DNA of 64,000 nucleotides from a virus (Duplodnaviria; Caudoviricetes): IMG/VR virus record IMGVR_UViG_3300042288_001626; one strand, 5' to 3'. Shown piece by piece: positions 62,722 to 64,000 of this stretch (position 1 is its first letter; each line of letters starts with the position of its first letter). The notes under the pieces were generated by a model. It saw only the letters and a program-made list of their open reading frames with translations, ran no database searches and was not told where the DNA came from. The position numbers and the translations under genes were made by a program.

Positions 62722-63857
62722 AAGAAACCCACTCTGCGTACCTCTTCTTTTTCATATCTGGTGTTCGCTCCCATATTATATATATCAGCCAAAGTCATAC
62801 CCTCTTCAATAACTGAGTGGTCTAACCCCAGATGCTTTGCTAGCTTCACACTCTGAGCACGATCTAGCTCCTTGAACTCGTGACATAGCTTTAATCTTCC
62901 TTTACGCAGTAATGCCTCATCAATCTTATCTTTCGATGTATTGAATGTTGCTATAACACTGATATTTAGAGCATGTCCTAAAAATCCGTCAGTCAGATTT
63001 AAAATAGTAGAAACCAAATCTGAGTTATCTACTGACTCACGACTTAATAGAGCTTTCTCTGCATCCTCAATAACAAGAACAATATCTTTGTTTCCCATGA
63101 GGAGAGGCATCATATCTGGAGAAACAAGCTTGCCTATCAAGCCTACAGGAATATAAGCAAGTTTCCTTTTAATAACTCCAGAGCAAAGGTATTTGATATA
63201 GGACGATTTACCTGTTCCTGGCGCTCCATGAAAAAGATACAGTCCTGATTTGGTGGTATTCAAGCTATTGACAAGCTCTTCGCTGATACCTACGAAAGTA
63301 TCTCCGTAGTTTAGAGCAATATCGGTGCTCATATCCTCTGTAGGTATCGAAGTAAACTCAAGGTCACCATAAGAGCTAGATAAAATGAATATCTTGCTCT
63401 TTTGTTGAATTTTATGGGAATCAAATAGCGTTGCAAGCTCTGAGGCTTGATTGTTGTCAACACAGACTGCTTTGATACCTACATACACATCGCTCGAGGA
63501 GTCGTGATAGCCTGGAGAGAAAAGACGAACTTCGCTAAACGGATATATTGTTTCTCCGTCTCCTCTTCTGAAATAGACCGACAATAGAGCTCCTTCGAAC
63601 TTGGTGCCAGCCTTTCCAGCCCATATACCTTCCTCAAACAGTTGTTCTCCGACCTTTGTAAAAGAAGAACTGAAGGAATCGAAGTACTTACCAACATCCT
63701 CTAGAGAGGACATGGTGAAGTCTTCAGAGAAATTCAATGTAGTAGGTATGTAGCCATACATTACATTGAATAGGTACAGCAGATTAATTCCTTGATTGGC
63801 TGCGGTAGGAGCAAAGAATGATCGTCCTATCGTAGATTCGCAGTTTAACGGATGCAT
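62718..63857 (-). CDS. AAA+ ATPase (single AAA, BCS1/SpoVK-like)
   Basis: HGAPGTGKS, LVIEDAE, LNLTDG, TFN, ALLRKGRL, C-terminal VGF. Confidence 0.88.
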   Translation of the reverse strand: MHPLNCESTIGRSFFAPTAANQGINLLYLFNVMYGYIPTTLNFSEDFTMSSLEDVGKYFDSFSSSFTKVGEQLFEEGIWAGKAGTKFEGALLSVYFRRGDGETIYPFSEVRLFSPGYHDSSSDVYVGIKAVCVDNNQASELATLFDSHKIQQKSKIFILSSSYGDLEFTSIPTEDMSTDIALNYGDTFVGISEELVNSLNTTKSGLYLFHGAPGTGKSSYIKYLCSGVIKRKLAYIPVGLIGKLVSPDMMPLLMGNKDIVLVIEDAEKALLSRESVDNSDLVSTILNLTDGFLGHALNISVIATFNTSKDKIDEALLRKGRLKLCHEFKELDRAQSVKLAKHLGLDHSVIEEGMTLADIYNMGANTRYEKEEVRRVGFF

Positions 63858-64000
63858 GCGTTTACGTACCTCTCGGTTATTTTAATTTTCTCGTCAAATA
63901 TTTCCTGCAAAGCTTCGTTCTTTTCAGTATCATCACCCTCTCTTTCACTCATAATAGCTCGAGGGAAAAGATTCGGAGGCTTGTGTAGTCCATAGGCATG
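63845..64000 (-). CDS. 3' end of hypothetical protein truncated by window edge
   Basis: Open frame from 64000 to TAA at 63845, overlapping the AAA start. Confidence 0.35.
   Translation of the reverse strand, partial: HAYGLHKPPNLFPRAIMSEREGDDTEKNEALQEIFDEKIKITERYVNACIR

Overview
This window is a 64-kb segment of a large lytic tailed dsDNA phage genome (about 40% GC by eye, standard genetic code, densely packed genes mostly on the minus strand). It is not a cellular chromosome. Left to right: a tRNA pair; a phosphoesterase and an FN3-domain virion protein; a short plus-strand block (probable portal, then spanin-like/holin/endolysin genes); a long minus-strand region with RNA repair (Rnl1-type ligase, PNK/phosphatase, DRB0094-type ligase), DNA ligase and ThyX; a second tRNA/structured-RNA cluster with two methyltransferases; a recombination and replication core (HhH glycosylase, RuvC-like, RecA, SSB, PolA with a UDG-like N-terminus, DnaB, primase, SF2 helicase, SbcC/SbcD, UvsE); a block of small accessory ORFs; a Ycf46-like AAA module; an AT-hook protein; an inverted terminase large subunit; and a second AAA ATPase. 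The standout is an apparent phage-encoded ubiquitin-like conjugation operon (30118-34292) inside the replication module. It contains a Ubl precursor ending GGG-LLN, a 685-aa protein with a candidate E2-like Cys domain, a catalytically degenerate exonuclease, a JAB/JAMM protease with an intact motif and a minimal ThiF/E1 enzyme, with no sulfur-relay or cofactor-biosynthesis partner in the window. Several non-canonical RNAs are also notable: a tRNA body with a 33-nt anticodon loop, a tRNA-Thr(TGT) on a Tyr-like long-variable-arm scaffold, and two structured inter-tRNA elements. All family assignments come from motif recognition by eye; no database searches were run.
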